Source: Octopus sinensis
Lineage: Eukaryota
DNA: 64,000 bases
Reading direction: 5' to 3'
NCBI RefSeq assembly: GCF_006345805.1
Contig: NC_042998.1
Coordinates: forward strand, 70,866,001-70,930,000
Shown: piece by piece, positions 28,067-42,800 of the stretch
Layout of the letters: each line of letters opens with the position of its first letter
Numbering within the stretch: the stretch's first letter is position 1
The notes under the pieces: model-generated
What the model was told of the DNA's origin: nothing
Databases searched by the model: none
The model's input: only the letters and a program-made list of their open reading frames with translations
Program-made: the position numbers and the translations under genes

Positions 28067-28209
28067 CTTCTCTTTATAAATGTTCTGAAATCTTTCAGAG
28101 GCCTGGATTTTGATCTCATTCTGTTAATTTTATGTATATATACATGCAGGTATGAATGCACTTGTGTGTATGTGTGTGAGTACAGGAGATATCAGTATTG
28201 TGTGTGTGT

Positions 28210-28418
28210 GCTGGCAGAAACGTTAGCACGCCGGGCGAAATGCGTAGCCGTATTTTGTCTGCCGTTACGTTCTGAGTTCAAATTCCGCCGAGATCGACTT
28301 TGCCTTTCATCCTTTCGGGGTCGATTAAATAAGTACCAGTTACGCACTAGGGTCGATATAATCGACTTAATCTGTTTGTCCTCTCTGTGTTTAGCCCCTT
28401 GTGGGTAGTAAAGAAATA
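28210..28418 (+). mobile_element. tRNA-derived SINE monomer with 16-bp target-site duplication
   Basis: Head gctggcagaaacgttagc, B-box gagttcaaattcc, tail gtaaagaaata. agtattgtgtgtgtgt occurs at 28194-28209 and 28419-28434. Confidence 0.9.
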
Positions 28419-28626
28419 AGTATTGTGTGTGTGTGTGAGTGGGTGCGTACGTATGTGCATGCGTGCGACTGCGCAGGCGTGTGTGAGGGAAGGAGCGTTT
28501 GGTGGGCGAGACTCACGGTGTATGTGTGTGTCTGTATGTGTGAGTGTGAGTGTGCGTGTTTCTTTGCTTGTGCATATATGTATGTATGGGTAATTGTGCT
28601 TGTGGTTGCGTGTGTGTATGCATATG

Positions 28627-28661
<35 letters not shown>

Positions 28662-30660
28662 TTTTATAGACCTAACTCTTTTAATATCAATAATTGAATC
28701 GTTAATGTCATCACATTTGCATTAATGTTTCATTTATTACATTTCACATTCTTTAATGAACATACCAAACAGAGCTTGTAATAAAGCAAGGGTGCCTTGT
28801 TTTAGTAGCAATCTCGGAACTGGTTAAATTTCTTCCAACCACGTCAAGTTCTTTTAAATTTTCGCTAGATTATCTTTAAAATGTGTAATCCCGGTGTAGT
28901 TTTGCATACTGATGAAGAAAATCTCATTGATATTCTCTAGAAAATAATAAAATTACAAGCAGTGAAAATTATGCAATTTTAGTCCATCGGCAGCCTTAAT
29001 ATTACCGGACATACCGGAAGTCACAACTAGTCTTCCCTATGAGGAGGAAATAACTTGACGTGTTTTCTTCTTGGTTTTGAAAATAACAGGTTTTGTTGCT
29101 CTGCATAAAGATTACAATAATTTACATTTGTAAATAGCAATTTGCTTATGTAGAATAGTTAAGACATTCTTACATAGACACACTCACGTATTTAATTATA
29201 TAGTTTCTAATTACTATGCCATTTCAGTGGCTTTTCACGGGTCTAAGAAAAGGAAAAATATTCAACGTGATATAAAACAGCACTCCATTTGTGTGTAAGC
29301 AAACATTTGTATCAGAATGTAATAGACTATATTTTTCCAAAAGAACTACTGGAAATAAATATTGCTGTCGACATAATAGCTTACTGGTTGACGTAATGTT
29401 GGCGAATGTACAGTATAAGAATGGGTGCCTCATTGGTTGCTCCCAAATTCAAGGAACCAACAACCAAGCCTATGAGTGACAGCTCATATCGTTCGAACAC
29501 CAAAGATATAATTTTTTCTTCATAAAAAATGATTTGCTTCAATGTAATGTCTGCTGGACTTAGTATTTTAAGAGAGTTACTATATTTTCCGCATACTAAT
29601 ACCTTTAACATCACATTCCCATCTCAGACCACCCCCCCACCGACTGTCTCTTTTTTTCTCCCCTTTCTTCCACTGTTTCACTCTCATTTTCATTCGACTA
29701 AGCTAAAATCTCCATTGCTGAAAGAATCATAGCCATAAAGCATTATACTGAGTCACTCGCCGCTCTTCAACCTGTTGTTTTATATGGTTTCACTTATTTT
29801 CCCAGACATTAAATATAATAGAATGAAGCAAGTTATTGTGCAGCAAAAAGCCATCGGCTTTTACTGTAGAGTATTTCAATAAATAACTGTCTGGTATTTA
29901 ATAACTTTCCATCCCCACCTTAGTGAAAGTTTGATTTCAGACACCATATATAATTCTGACTTGCTGCCAAATCTACAGAAGTTATTTCAGAAATTCAATC
30001 ATAGAAGGTCCAAGAGTTAATTGGTGGCAATGGCGTCTTCAAAATTGAACAGTAAGAATCATTTCCGAAATATATTGTAATAATATAGGTTCTTTAATGT
30101 TTACAATCATAATAAAATCTCCATGAAGCTCTCTTATCTTTTAATTTCGTTGTTAAGACACACCAAAAGCTACTTGTTTCTTGATAAAATAATTGTAAAC
30201 CATCTTACAAACCTACTCTTTCATATTCACTAATAGAACATATTTCCGGGTTGATAGCACAGTCACGGAGTGCAGAAATGAAATCTACAGGAATTAAGGT
30301 AGAACGGAATAATAGTATTTTACTTCTTGAGAGGGAAAATCAAATCAAACTCCCTTATTGTATTATTAGGGTGTAAATCAAGTAGAACCTTGTCAAGAAA
30401 AAATTTGACATTGATAACCAGTGGTTTGATATGAAAGTGGTCATGAAGGCTTTTGTCTAGATTAATGCACGTAATATAACATTGTTTATTAAACAATATT
30501 AATTGTTAGTCAGTATCATGAACTACACTGGCAGACTCGTTAGCAGCCAGGACAAAATACTTAGCAATAGGTTAGAATTATTTTACAGATATTCAACACC
30601 CATCGCTCCAACGTAAATCCTTCATTTTAGCTAAGCCCAAATTTGACAAAATGTCTTCAG

Positions 30661-30701
30661 GAGTGATGTGATTCACAAAGGAAGAACACTCAACCAATCC
30701 T
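30661..30701 (+). other. Possible isolated 41-bp exon
   Basis: Bounded by tgtcttcag and gtgagt; one frame reads SDVIHKGRTLNQS. No partner exon was identified. Confidence 0.2.
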
Positions 30702-31524
30702 GTGAGTAAAATACTTCACATCATTAAACTATTACTAAAGCTAAAAATATTTTTCATTATGCTACGGTATTAGCTAATGAAAGTGTGGTAGATTGAGGCT
30801 TGGATTTCATGTCATCGTCATTGAAGCAATGCACCGCCACTGACAAAATTTGAACGAGTTATTCCTATTCCTAGGCTACTTACCTGCTACTCTATGGTTT
30901 TAACATTTGCAAATAGCGATTGGCAATGTAGAGTAGTTAAGATAGCATTCATACATACGTATCTATAGAATAGAGAAATTTACTTAATGTATGTATGATC
31001 AGGAAATTACACACTCTAGTATATATGGATATCGTTGTAACCTCGTAAATAAATACTTGGCAAAAAGGAAGAAATAAAATTATTGAATGAAATGGAAAAG
31101 AAAAAAAGCGACACATCGAATCGGTAGAATAAGAATTATAAAGTAAAAGCTCAAAAATATAAAAGCAAACGTTTTATAGTTGAAATGTCGCATTTCCGTA
31201 GCCGGCAACTTTGGAATCGGTTCTGTCAAATTCCTGGCAATATCGTCTATTGTTCGCCTCAAGACATTTCTTTAACTACTCTTCAATTCCGTAGGTTCAA
31301 AACATATTTGTTGTCTGGAGTCGGAACATGGCAAAGTTAGGCGTTTCAACTGCCGCAACTAGACTAGTCGATAAAATTAGTGATTGAAATGTTACAAGTC
31401 TGTGTATTTACGATGTTTGTTTCGCAACCACATTGTTCCGAGTTCAAAACCGGTCCGCAGAACATTTACCCTGTATTTTCTACTCATTCTTTAGCTTATT
31501 GTTCACTATCCCGTTGTGTGTGTA

Positions 31525-31559
<35 letters not shown>

Positions 31560-31717
31560 TTTATTTGTTTCAGTCATTTTTACTGTGGCCATGCTGGAGC
31601 ACCGGCTTTTAGTCGAAGAAGTCGACCCATTTGTAAGCCTGGTACTTATTCTATCGGTCTCTTTTGCCAAACCGCTAAGATACGGGGGACGTAAACACAC
31701 CAACATCGGTTGCCAGA
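31560..31717. mobile_element. Second SINE-like dispersed repeat family (also about 13706-13785 and 47005-47190)
   Basis: Shared tttcagtcatt..actg.ggccatgctgg.gcacc and gcctggtacttatt blocks. Confidence 0.7.
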
Positions 31718-31842
31718 AAGACACAAATGCACAAATATATATATATATATATACATACATTATATATATATATGCATGAATATACACATACACGTCCACT
31801 CACAATACCTATATATAAATACAAACACACACGCACAGATAC

Positions 31843-31923
<81 letters not shown>

Positions 31924-34753
31924 TAATTATGAAATATTTTACATTTGAGAAATTTTGCCAAATTATTTTTATAGTTGTTGCTTAACACCAGGTAAAGCTT
32001 GATTGAATAGAGGCGGCCGTGGTAATTTCAGATATGTTACATCCACAGCCAATGTGATTTGTGCGCAAGTTCGCTGCTATGTTGAGCAATTTTGAAAAAA
32101 CATCCGGAGATTTACTCGTTTTTATGACAAACAGAATTTGGGGTGTTAACAGTTATTTACTGAGACTGCTCTGTCTGTCCATGATGTGCGGAGACTAGTG
32201 TTGCCAAGAAGTGAATTTAGTGTGCTTTGCGTCTGTATTTGTTGGTTTTTGTGTACGAATGTGTGCTTGTGCACTGCAGCGTGTGAACAGCTTGAGTGTG
32301 CGTGGGTTATAGGATTTGGTTGTTGGAAGGACGTGTAGCGAACACCTAGGGCAATAATAATAGTAACTCTCTTGAATAATGCAGATGTGATATATATGTT
32401 TGGAAAGATGACAGTGTGTAATAGCACAGTCACTTGACTTAATGTATTGAGAGGAAAGAGAGGTGGGTGCGTGTGTTTGATAACGGCGTCGTGTGATTTA
32501 CCCCAGGAATATACAGTAGAATGTGAAGAAAAATAGAAGGAAAAAGAGAATAAAGGGTTCGATAAACATGACATTAGGTTGGTGTATGAGGAGCTAATAG
32601 GCAAACGTTAGTTGTTAATCCAAGACATCACCTAGCTGAACGGAATGTCAGTAATGAGTGAAACTGGAGAATATGATTCATAAAATTATAGACATTATAA
32701 CCAAGAATTAAGGTTAGCATTAATAAGCATGAGAATTCTACAACTCCATGGAACGAAAATGAGATTAAAGTCAAAGCATATTAAAGGGAGAAATCCATTT
32801 AATGCATAGATAGAATATATTAATATTTCTTAGTGCATATGTAGTTGTAAGTACCTTAAGTTATTACCTTTAATATTCCTGATTTGCATTTAGGAATTAT
32901 TGTACAATGGAAGAGACAGATGCAAAGTTATGTGCTGTGAACTGAATACGGTTTTGATGCAAATGTATGAAGCTTTGTAACAGATAGAATTCGTTTGAAG
33001 TTTAATACTGTAATATTTATAGGAAGGAAAAAATAGCCCCAGACTACAAAAATAAAAATATCATTTCGAATGTTTAGCTACCAGAATTTCACTTTTGCTT
33101 CTATTGTGCGACACATAGATAGATAGACACATACATACATACATACATACATACATACATACATACATACATACATACATACATACATACAGTGTCATTG
33201 TATATGACATATAATAATGCATACAATATATTCATATAGCAGGTAGTATGTAATATAATATATAAGGGATATTGCAAAGGTATATATTTTGAACAGGAAA
33301 TGAATTCTTTCTATGAGTTGAAAGGAATCTATACTCATAGAGTTCATAGATAATGGAAAAATATGCAATGGATTATTATTATTTTGGAAATCTGTTCGTC
33401 AGTGGGGGGGGGTGTATCAATGTTAGTGACATTTAAATAAAGTTTTTACACTGAGACATTTCAGCATAATTCTGAAGAACATATCGTATGACATTTTTCA
33501 GCCAACTATTTGTCAGTTCGTAAGAATATAAAAGTTGTATCAACGTCCAAGAATTATAAGTTAAACATCTTTTCTTATCCTATTGCAGTTTCAAATCCAT
33601 GTCTGGAGACTAAGCTAGAACATAAATATGTTTTCATTGTAAAATTATGGTATGACTAGAGAAAATTAGAGAGAATAAACAACAGCAATTGACGAGCGAG
33701 AAAGACAACTTTTAGAATATCATCACTGAATGTGAAGGGGTGTGGTGCCGTAGTCGTCAGACATAAGGTTCTCATGAAAGGGATTTACCTTTTTTCTTAG
33801 TCAATAATGTACATTTTTCTAATCGGTACTTAAAAGAGTTACTGCAAGATTCTTTTGCATGAAATAATTTTGATAAAATATTAAAATTAAAGATGTTTTA
33901 TTTCCTAACCACTAGTGGGGCATACATTTTAATGACAATTTATAGTGGAATCTGGTGCAAAACAGGTTGGAAAACACTGCTCTAGATCTTAACTATTCGT
34001 TCAGATGATCAGATGTCTTCCACCCGTGAACATGCCTTTTACTTTTTTGAAACATGATATTACATTATTCAATACATTCAGGATAGCCAAGTAATTTTAG
34101 GAAGATTTCGTCGCTATTAGTAGGAGTCCGAGCAACCAATTAGAGCCCACTTTTTTTTGGCACATCATAGTTGAAGTTGAAGTGAATGGTTTAAATTTTA
34201 AGTTCACATACCTCCTTGGTTCAAGAAATGGAAACGTAATTTCCAAGTAGAATAAACTATTGTTTATTTTTTCGTCAATGAAAGTTCATGAATACGATGA
34301 ATACTTAAATGGAGCTGATACATCACAATGGCGTAGGTGTTGATAATGATAAATAATTTAAAGATAGTGGCTTTCTGTATAAACAGGGTTTATATTAGAA
34401 TACAACATAAAGAAAGTCAAGAGTCGCTTGATAGAAAGAAAAAATTAGATGTAAATATGAAAAGAATAAAAAACACATCCTCGGGAAAATTTACAGAAAA
34501 ATGTCAATAAATAACGTATTTAATATTTTTGGTTCTTTCTTTGTTTTCTTTAAGAGTTTGAATAAAACGTAATTTCTTTTCTTCTCATACTTGAAATGTC
34601 ATTATATAAACAGTGTTGTAATTATGTAAAAGTTATGTAATGTCAGTTAATAAGTGACTTAAAATATCATCTTAATTACTGTCATTTATTCACGATAATT
34701 CAATGAAATGAATTTTTTCCCTGCGGCTTTCTTAATGTTCCATTAAAAGATAC

Positions 34754-34885
<132 letters not shown>

Positions 34886-37469
34886 TTATCGATAGATAAA
34901 TAGATAGATAGATCTAGACACTCACCGTTGTAGTAGTGGTAGGATACACAGTGAAAGGACAATGTGTGTATGAATAAGATGTTGTATGTATATGAGTCTT
35001 CCTTTGTCACTCAGTCGGGTAGCTTTCTTTTGGATTCACTTTAAATGTATTCAATTGTAGTCTTAATCGAAATTTGGGTGAAGTAGTATTCTTAGATACA
35101 GTCTCGCTATCTAATGAAAGTCAAATCTTCAGGAAAAGGAATTATTACTTAAAGAGTTTGAATTGAACATTACATAAAGCTATACAGGGAATATGCGTTT
35201 GTAATCTTGGAAGGAAAAAATGCAATGTTTCTCTTCGAGAAACTTGTGCTATTTGTTCGAATGTCATGTTTGGTGTGAAGTGCCTTGGTTGCATTTGGAT
35301 AACGCATGTGTGCAGAAGGTTGATGGGAGATGAGTGGTATCAGCTTGATAAGACTGTGCGTTGTTAGAGGTGACATGTCAACAGGACACGTGTAAGGGAC
35401 GTCACTGTAGCATGTAGCACAGTAGAATTGATATCAAATGTTAAATAAGCTATGTGATACATGTCACGCCTATATGTGGGCAGCATACCACTGAAATTCG
35501 CTTGCCAGACACGGTAAAAAATCTTGTTGATGTTAATTTGTCGAACCTCTCAGGATTAGCCTCCTATTGAATATCAATCAACGCAAGATTCTTGTAGAAC
35601 TGAGGAGATAAAACTTTACTGAAATAGACACAATGTTACGATGAAAATGTTATTAACAACGCTTACCATGTTCCCATAATGTGTGTGGTGGAAATTAGTA
35701 TAAGTAATGGCAGTGTCAGAAAGTTTGGCTTTAGAATGAGATACCCTGGAACAAGTTTCTAAATATGAGGGTAGAGATTTAGTTCATTGACTGGCGAAGA
35801 TGGAAGCTAGCCCTGGAGCACAACATTTGTGGCCAATGTAAAATACATTGTTTAGGTTGGTGGTTTTGATGGTTGCAGCCATTGGAGGTGTTTTTTGAAC
35901 GTAGACTTTATGTACATACAGTTGAGACTGGTCGTGTGACAAGGGTACGTTTGGAAAGAGTGGTGTTAGAAACAGCGTGGACTGTAGATAAAGAAGCTTT
36001 CTCGACAGGGGGTATGCTATGGCGGAACCATTATATTTAAGATATAGCGGTAGCATAAATTTACAAAGATTGTAAAGATTTAAAGATTACTTTGATATGG
36101 ATCCAGGAGGATCATCAGCAGAGACATATTTTGCATTGCGCAGGATAGTCATCCAGTAAGTGAGAATAAATTCGATAAGTTAGTGGGAGTGAATGAGATT
36201 CTTCAATAATTACATGTCATATTATTCACAGTTAGTTTTTAATATCAGAAACATTTCCAGCACCATGACTCTAGATTATGTGTGATAAAAACAAAGCAGT
36301 TATCTATTTGCTGCTATTACCAAAATTAAAATCGTTTCTGTAATATTTTCCGAGTACAATATGGGTTAATGTATTCCATAATAGCGGACGAAATACATTT
36401 GTTTGGTAAACTTGCTCGAAATTAGATTGAGTGAATTTTATTCATTTCTCCGGCTCATTAGCCACGTAAATATAGTAAAATAGCTACAGCCTTGAGTAAT
36501 GCACATATTAAATCGCAATCTAACGTGATTCTTTTCTGTTCCAATCGATTTTGACTACAAAGGCAGATATAATTACACGGTACACCACAAACAGTGAAGA
36601 ACACTCAACTGTAGGTCCATTCCCCGGATAAACATGAAAATAGTAGGTAAAATCAATAATTTTTGACATTTTTTAATATTGTATGAGGAAACTTTCTTCA
36701 CTAATATAATTCCGGGCTGGAAATGTTTAAGAATATTCAGCTGTAAACGACCATATGTTAAAGCTTGTTAAATTAATAAGAAATCTAATGGAAGAAAATT
36801 AAAGCCAAATATTGAATTAGTCAAATTATATATACTTTTGAAGAGCTGAACTGTTGCCAACATCCTGGTATGGTGCTGGCAACAGTTAGAGTCTAGAATA
36901 ACCTTGACTAATGGAAGTTGATTTATTCTATTGAAATTACCTATTGCATGTGAGATATGACAACACTGTTAGTTATGTTAGTAATATCTTAGTTGTTTTT
37001 GTCCGAGATATTGTTGCATTTATCGTCAAACTTTTCGTCTGTTTTAATTCTTTCAAGTTGCTTAATGTCAAGCTTCCAGCTGAAGGACTGACTATTATAA
37101 TATATACAATTATCATTAATGTTATCTTGCTGTTTTTCATATCTAGTCGTCCATTTAATTTTCCCTTTTCAGATAAAATGACAGATGCAATATAGACTGT
37201 TCTGTTATATCAATATATACTTACTATATTGGTATCCTACAGCACTTTATGAATTGGCTACGGTAGAATCTATGACTACTTGAATACAAGCCCATGGACA
37301 TACTCCTTGTCATCGAACCTTTGCTGTTATTATATATTCATTATAGTTATTATATATTCAACAAATGTCTCTCCTAACAAAGTAATTCCGTACAAAATTT
37401 GTTGGTGCTGTCTTTCTCTGAACTTCTACAACTTTCGTTAATTCATTGTTATCTTTATTTCCGAGCTGA

Positions 37470-37650
37470 TATGGCGAACTGGCAGGACTGTCGGCACGTC
37501 AGATAAGATGCTTAACAGCATTTCTTTCAACTCTATGTTCTGAATTCAAATTTCACCGGGGTCAACTCTGCTTTTCATCCTTTCAGAATCTAATGTAGTC
37601 GACAGACTACCCCCATCCCCAGCAAATTCGAGGCCTTGCGCCTATATAAA
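37470..37650 (+). mobile_element. Diverged tRNA-derived SINE
   Basis: gttctgaattcaaatttcaccggggtcaactctgcttttcatcctttc matches the SINE core. Confidence 0.6.
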
Positions 37651-39119
37651 TAAGTAAGAGAATAGATTGTGTTTGGAGCTTTCAAGCAGTGAACTGGTGG
37701 AATCGTTTGCACGTAGAACCAAATGTTTAATCACATTTCATCCACTACTTTACGTTTTAAGTTAAAATACCACCGAAGTCGAGTTTAACAGTTTTTTCAA
37801 TGTATCAGGTTAACTAAATATTTCGTAGATAGCTATTGTGTTATCGACATAAGACAACGGTAAACTAAATTTTAGTGAGCTTCGAACTAGGTTCCATAAA
37901 ACATCTGCAAAGCGTTATGTTGTATAGTATGAAAATGCAAGTTATTCCATCAAAGTATGTCATCAATGACATTAATCGATGCAACTAAACAAACTAGTTA
38001 CGAAAGAAAAGTATCCATTTTCTAGAAGAAGTGATTAAAATATCCCTCAACATTAAATTCATTGAAACTTTTAAAAGAAGAAATTACTGTGCAATATAAA
38101 GCAATATGCAATTCTATTGGACAAAATGTGCAGCTTGAGGCATTCACTGGTTTGACATTAGCTACAGCAGATGGAAAATTGGTTGCTATTGTACAATTCA
38201 GTTTTCATTCCTGCCTACTTTAGCATGTACTATGTTTCATGCGACCCTAAAATAGAGATCGAGAAAGGTTGATATAATTTCTAAGAAAGCACACAACTAA
38301 TTAAATTTAAGAGAATAGAGAAACGAATCTGTTTACTACAAATAATCAACGCTGTTAAATTCAATAGTACATAATAATGAATAATATCATATGAAGTGAT
38401 TCCATACGTAATTTATATCGCCTGTTCTTGCGACACACGTCTGTTTAGTTGCAAATGTCATCTTTCCCCGAAGGTTGCACCGTTTGTCATAAACTCGCTT
38501 ATTAATTAATGAGGGAGCACCTTACAGGTGACAGAGGATGAGTATAACTCATCCTTTATATGCGTTAAAGCCTTCATAAATTGCGGTCAGCAGCTTCTGA
38601 TTTCGTATAAACCCTCCGTATGATGCTAATGAATATTTCGGCTTTAAACATCATCCGTTATGTTGAACGAATTTAAATCATAATTTCATCTTTTTCATTT
38701 CAAATAATCTAAATTTTCTAAAGGGATGAAGCTTACTTAGATGATTTATAACTCTACCATAGTATTACTTGGGCCGTAGCATAATACATCACGCAATTTC
38801 TATGCTATTGTAATAACTCTGACAGTCTTTCATGACCTTGATTACAAACTATATTAATAAAGTCCACCCCTGACACATGGGTCAGGAGGAGGTTTATTAA
38901 ACATAATTCCGTTGAAATGACTCAGATTTAGCAGCTAGAAGTATTTTACCACCAAGAAAACTTTACTGAAATATAGAGTAAACTGTGGTATTGCTATGTT
39001 TAATTACGCAGTGAGATGATAGACGAATAATATATACTATCTAGCTACGGACACACTGTCTGTCTGTCTGTCTGTCTCTCACACACTCGCACGCACACAT
39101 ACATACATATATATATAGA

Positions 39120-39227
<108 letters not shown>

Positions 39228-39256
39228 TATATATATATTATATATATATATATAAT

Positions 39257-39830
39257 TTAACTTGGGCGATTCTTGTATATTTTTTTGTTTTGGGATTTAC
39301 GGTCAAACGGCTGGGTGGAATTGCGCGAAAAGTTACACATATGTATAGAATGATCCGTTTGTGTTGCTGGGCTTTGTAATTTTTTCATAGCTCCCACGGT
39401 TACGGAGAGATAATCTACTATAATACTACTCTTGTGTTTATGAATGAGAAAGGAAGAGGTGTCTATGTAAAAGGGAGGCATGTGAATGTTTGTGTGTGTG
39501 TTTGTGTATATGTGTGGGTGCAATGGAAATGGGATGGTGAACATTCAATGCGGAAAAGAAAAATCAAACAGAGTTTCAACTCTGTGTATTTGGTATTTAC
39601 TTGTTATCTCACGAATTTAGTCACGGGCAGCTTTATGTGGCCTTAACTCGGAGAAGAAGGAACGAAAACTTGAAAATTCTTTTGAAGGAAATAAGCAGTC
39701 AAAGGATGCTAGTTGCGGATAGATTTTTCACAAAAAATTTTGTAATTAAAGAATTATTAAACCAAAATCTTGGTTTTTTACCTTAGTTATCTTTAAAATA
39801 CTACATTTTTGACGGCACGGGGCTCACATA
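39257..39830 (+). mobile_element. Internally deleted Helitron (end of the Pif1-like helicase retained)
   Basis: ORF 39601-39786 has FSHGQLYVALTR, the Helitron helicase C-terminal motif, preceded in another frame by KQSFNSVYL. Flanked by (TA)n. Confidence 0.65.
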
Positions 39831-42800
39831 CTATATATATATATATACATGCCATTATTCAGTTTATTTCAAGATTTTTTGCCAATACAGAAAGAGACGG
39901 TTTCTAATCTACGTCGAAAGCCCCTTCATTGGAATTTCAGCAACATCACCCGAGTATTTTTGTATGTATGTATGTATGTATGTATGTATGTATGTATGTA
40001 TGTATGTATGTATGTATGTATGTATGCATGCATGTATGTATTTATGCGAGCAGTTTTGTATGGTTTATTTTGTCTTCTCATGCATATACTTGCATATCTA
40101 AAGGTGTTCATATGTACTGCATGTATGTATATATGTATGAATGTATGTATGTATGTATGTATTTATATATGTACATATGTATGTGCATGTCTGCGTTTGT
40201 CTCTTATCGCTATCTAACCGATATCCTTTTGTTTTCTTAGTGGGTCTGGAAAATGTGACCTATACAATAATTATAGTGTCATATCATGAAACATGAAAAA
40301 TGAAGAAAAAATATTTATCATATACACGTACGCACCCATATTCTCGGACACCAACACATTTATTTATATGTAACTTGACCGAGTAATTTAAACAGTCGCG
40401 TCGCACCTTCGCCTTTCAATGTTTAATCTCACCATGCAGTACTTTGAGCAAAAGTCCTTTATTATAAGCTTCTGTCGGTCGCTATACTGTAAATGGAATT
40501 TTATTGACCGTCACAGTAGAAGCTAGTTAAGCATGCATGCATGTACGCTCGCACTATGTCTATGTTTTGTGCACACTAATATATGCTCACTTCCGTACAT
40601 GCTATGTCTTGAAATGCTTTGACTATTTTCAGTGACCTCAATGACTTGGGGCCACTTATTTCCTAAGCGGCAGTATCTTCTCAACTTTAGTGCAGTCCAG
40701 TCTCTCAATATTCTTACTCAAGCAATTAGCTAAAAATTCATGTACCCACACCCAAATATAGTTATAATCATAGGATAGTGTCCAGTGGATTAGTTACAGA
40801 TTTCTCCTTCTTTTGATAAAGATACTTCCCGTCCCCACAATATTTAACTCAATTTTGACTTCCCCTAAAAGCTTTGAATTAGTGGAATCGTTAAGGTGTT
40901 TGTAAAGTATTTGTATTATATTTGTTTTGGTTCTTATGTTCAGAGTTCAAATGACACCGATGTATACTTTAACATTCCATCTTCTGGGGCTGGTAGAACA
41001 ATGTTCCATTTAATTTCAGTGAGGCGAGATAATAGATTAATCCTTCTCCTAATTTTCTGATCATGTACCCATATCAGAAACAATTATTTTAGCATTCACT
41101 ATACTACTTATTTCCACTAGGAGACATAGTTTCTTTCTCTATTCCGATGTCATTTTGCCATACTTAGAATTAACTGAGAAATTCACAGAAATATTCAACC
41201 AGTATTCTCACGATTAATATTATTTATCTTCAGGATTGTCCATTCTGTGCGTTACCTTGTCCTACGTTCTACCTCAAAACATATTCGAACAACTACATAC
41301 GATTTGGTTTACATGCTTAGTGTTAATTCCACATATTCTGCAGCAATTACCAGATCGATGTGTTTTTTAACTGCGTCTTTTCGAGCATCAGCTAATATCG
41401 CGGCTGGTAGTACAAGATAGATCACAAAGATAATCACAGCCTGTCACAATAACTTTGAAGTTTTCTCGCGACACATTTATGCTAAGCCTTCAGTATGATG
41501 CTCATGCAACCTTTCATCTGATGACCTATTGTGATCCATGTTTATCAATCAGAGAATATTTCACAAAGATTTTCTTTCCAGCGCTCACGTTGCAAAAATG
41601 CTGATGTTTATAGATTTGATCTATGCACTTACTTCAACACCTTTTGGCTGCTTACTCGTTGGTGTTGTTGAAGGGACATGAGGTGATGTTCAAAGTCTGT
41701 TGAATCAATACTAAATATTTGCCTCTTCGTTTTCGTTTGCGTTGAAGCAGTTTATTTTACTATCGAAGTGGAAGTTTCTGGTGTTGGTTAATATTTTTGA
41801 GTTTTTAGCATTAAAGATCCTTATTTCTTCTAACATGTGATCGAGTAGTCCAAATGCTAGTATGAGTATTACTATTGCTAAGACATTGTGGGTGACTGAT
41901 TTATGCTATAAATTCTAGGAAACATGATTTTATTAGAGTGTTATATACCTTACGCGCTTCTTGTTAAAAGTGTTTATTCTTCCGTAAGTACCTGTAGCAT
42001 TCCTCATAAAATATCGGTGAAATCCTCAGACGATTAGCAGAGATGTTGTTAGATTACTTTGTAGTTTTTCTTTTGTTTTATTTCCTGCTTAAACATTGAT
42101 TCTGACCAAATGACATCTTTATACACCATGAAAATATTGCAATCGGATTAAGGCTTTTCTTCCTACCAATCATACTCTTGGCATATACTTTCAGACTCTT
42201 CACAACAAAACAAGCAAAAAATGCCAGAGCGGTTGCATTCCTGTGACTCAACGCATATCATTCAAATTCCTTCACGAAAAAAAAACAAACAATGGGTTTA
42301 TTGGAAGTATGAATAACATAAGAAAGAGATTGTTTCACTGGCATAAACGTGTGCTATATTGAAGGGGACATCGGAATCATCTCATGTATTGAATTTAACT
42401 TTAGAAAGCGAGCCAAGATAAACTGAGGTTGTCTATGGCACGAGATATCAAGTCTTTGGAACGTAGTAAGACGAAGAACTTTAGCGTCCAGGGTTGTTTT
42501 GTTTTTTGGTAATCAGTTAGGACTATAAACAATTTCATTCACTGGTGCTGCAAATCTGACATTACAGTTCTAATAATTTAAAGTTTCTCAGTACATTTCC
42601 TAAATACTTTCCACATAGCGGTTTCTTCAAATGGAACGATAATGTGAGTTTCACAAAGATACGAATGTAATAGATTTAGTCACGGCGTTTACACCATATA
42701 AATTAGATTTTGGCTTGCAAATAGTGGGAGTCTTTTTGTCTAACACTAGCTTTAATTTTGGCATCATTTTTTTTCTCTGTTAACATCAACCAACATGGTA

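Larger units (their letters stand above)
27466..28146. mobile_element. Family A Penelope-like terminal repeat folded back into a ~546-bp palindrome (arms 27601-27867 and 27881-28146)
   Basis: Arms are reverse complements along their length around a 13-nt spacer (ggtatac-aggaaaattatat-gtatacc). The left part is homologous to 20641-21115. Confidence 0.8.

Noticed and set aside
28905-28955. CTGATGA...GAAA motif
   Set aside because: Stem III, the cleavage triplet and stem I do not form.
29224-29732. Short overlapping ORFs in unique-looking sequence
   Set aside because: No recognisable motif or splice structure.
32146-32604. 152-aa minus-strand ORF
   Set aside because: Composition mirrors a GT-rich plus strand; no domain recognised.
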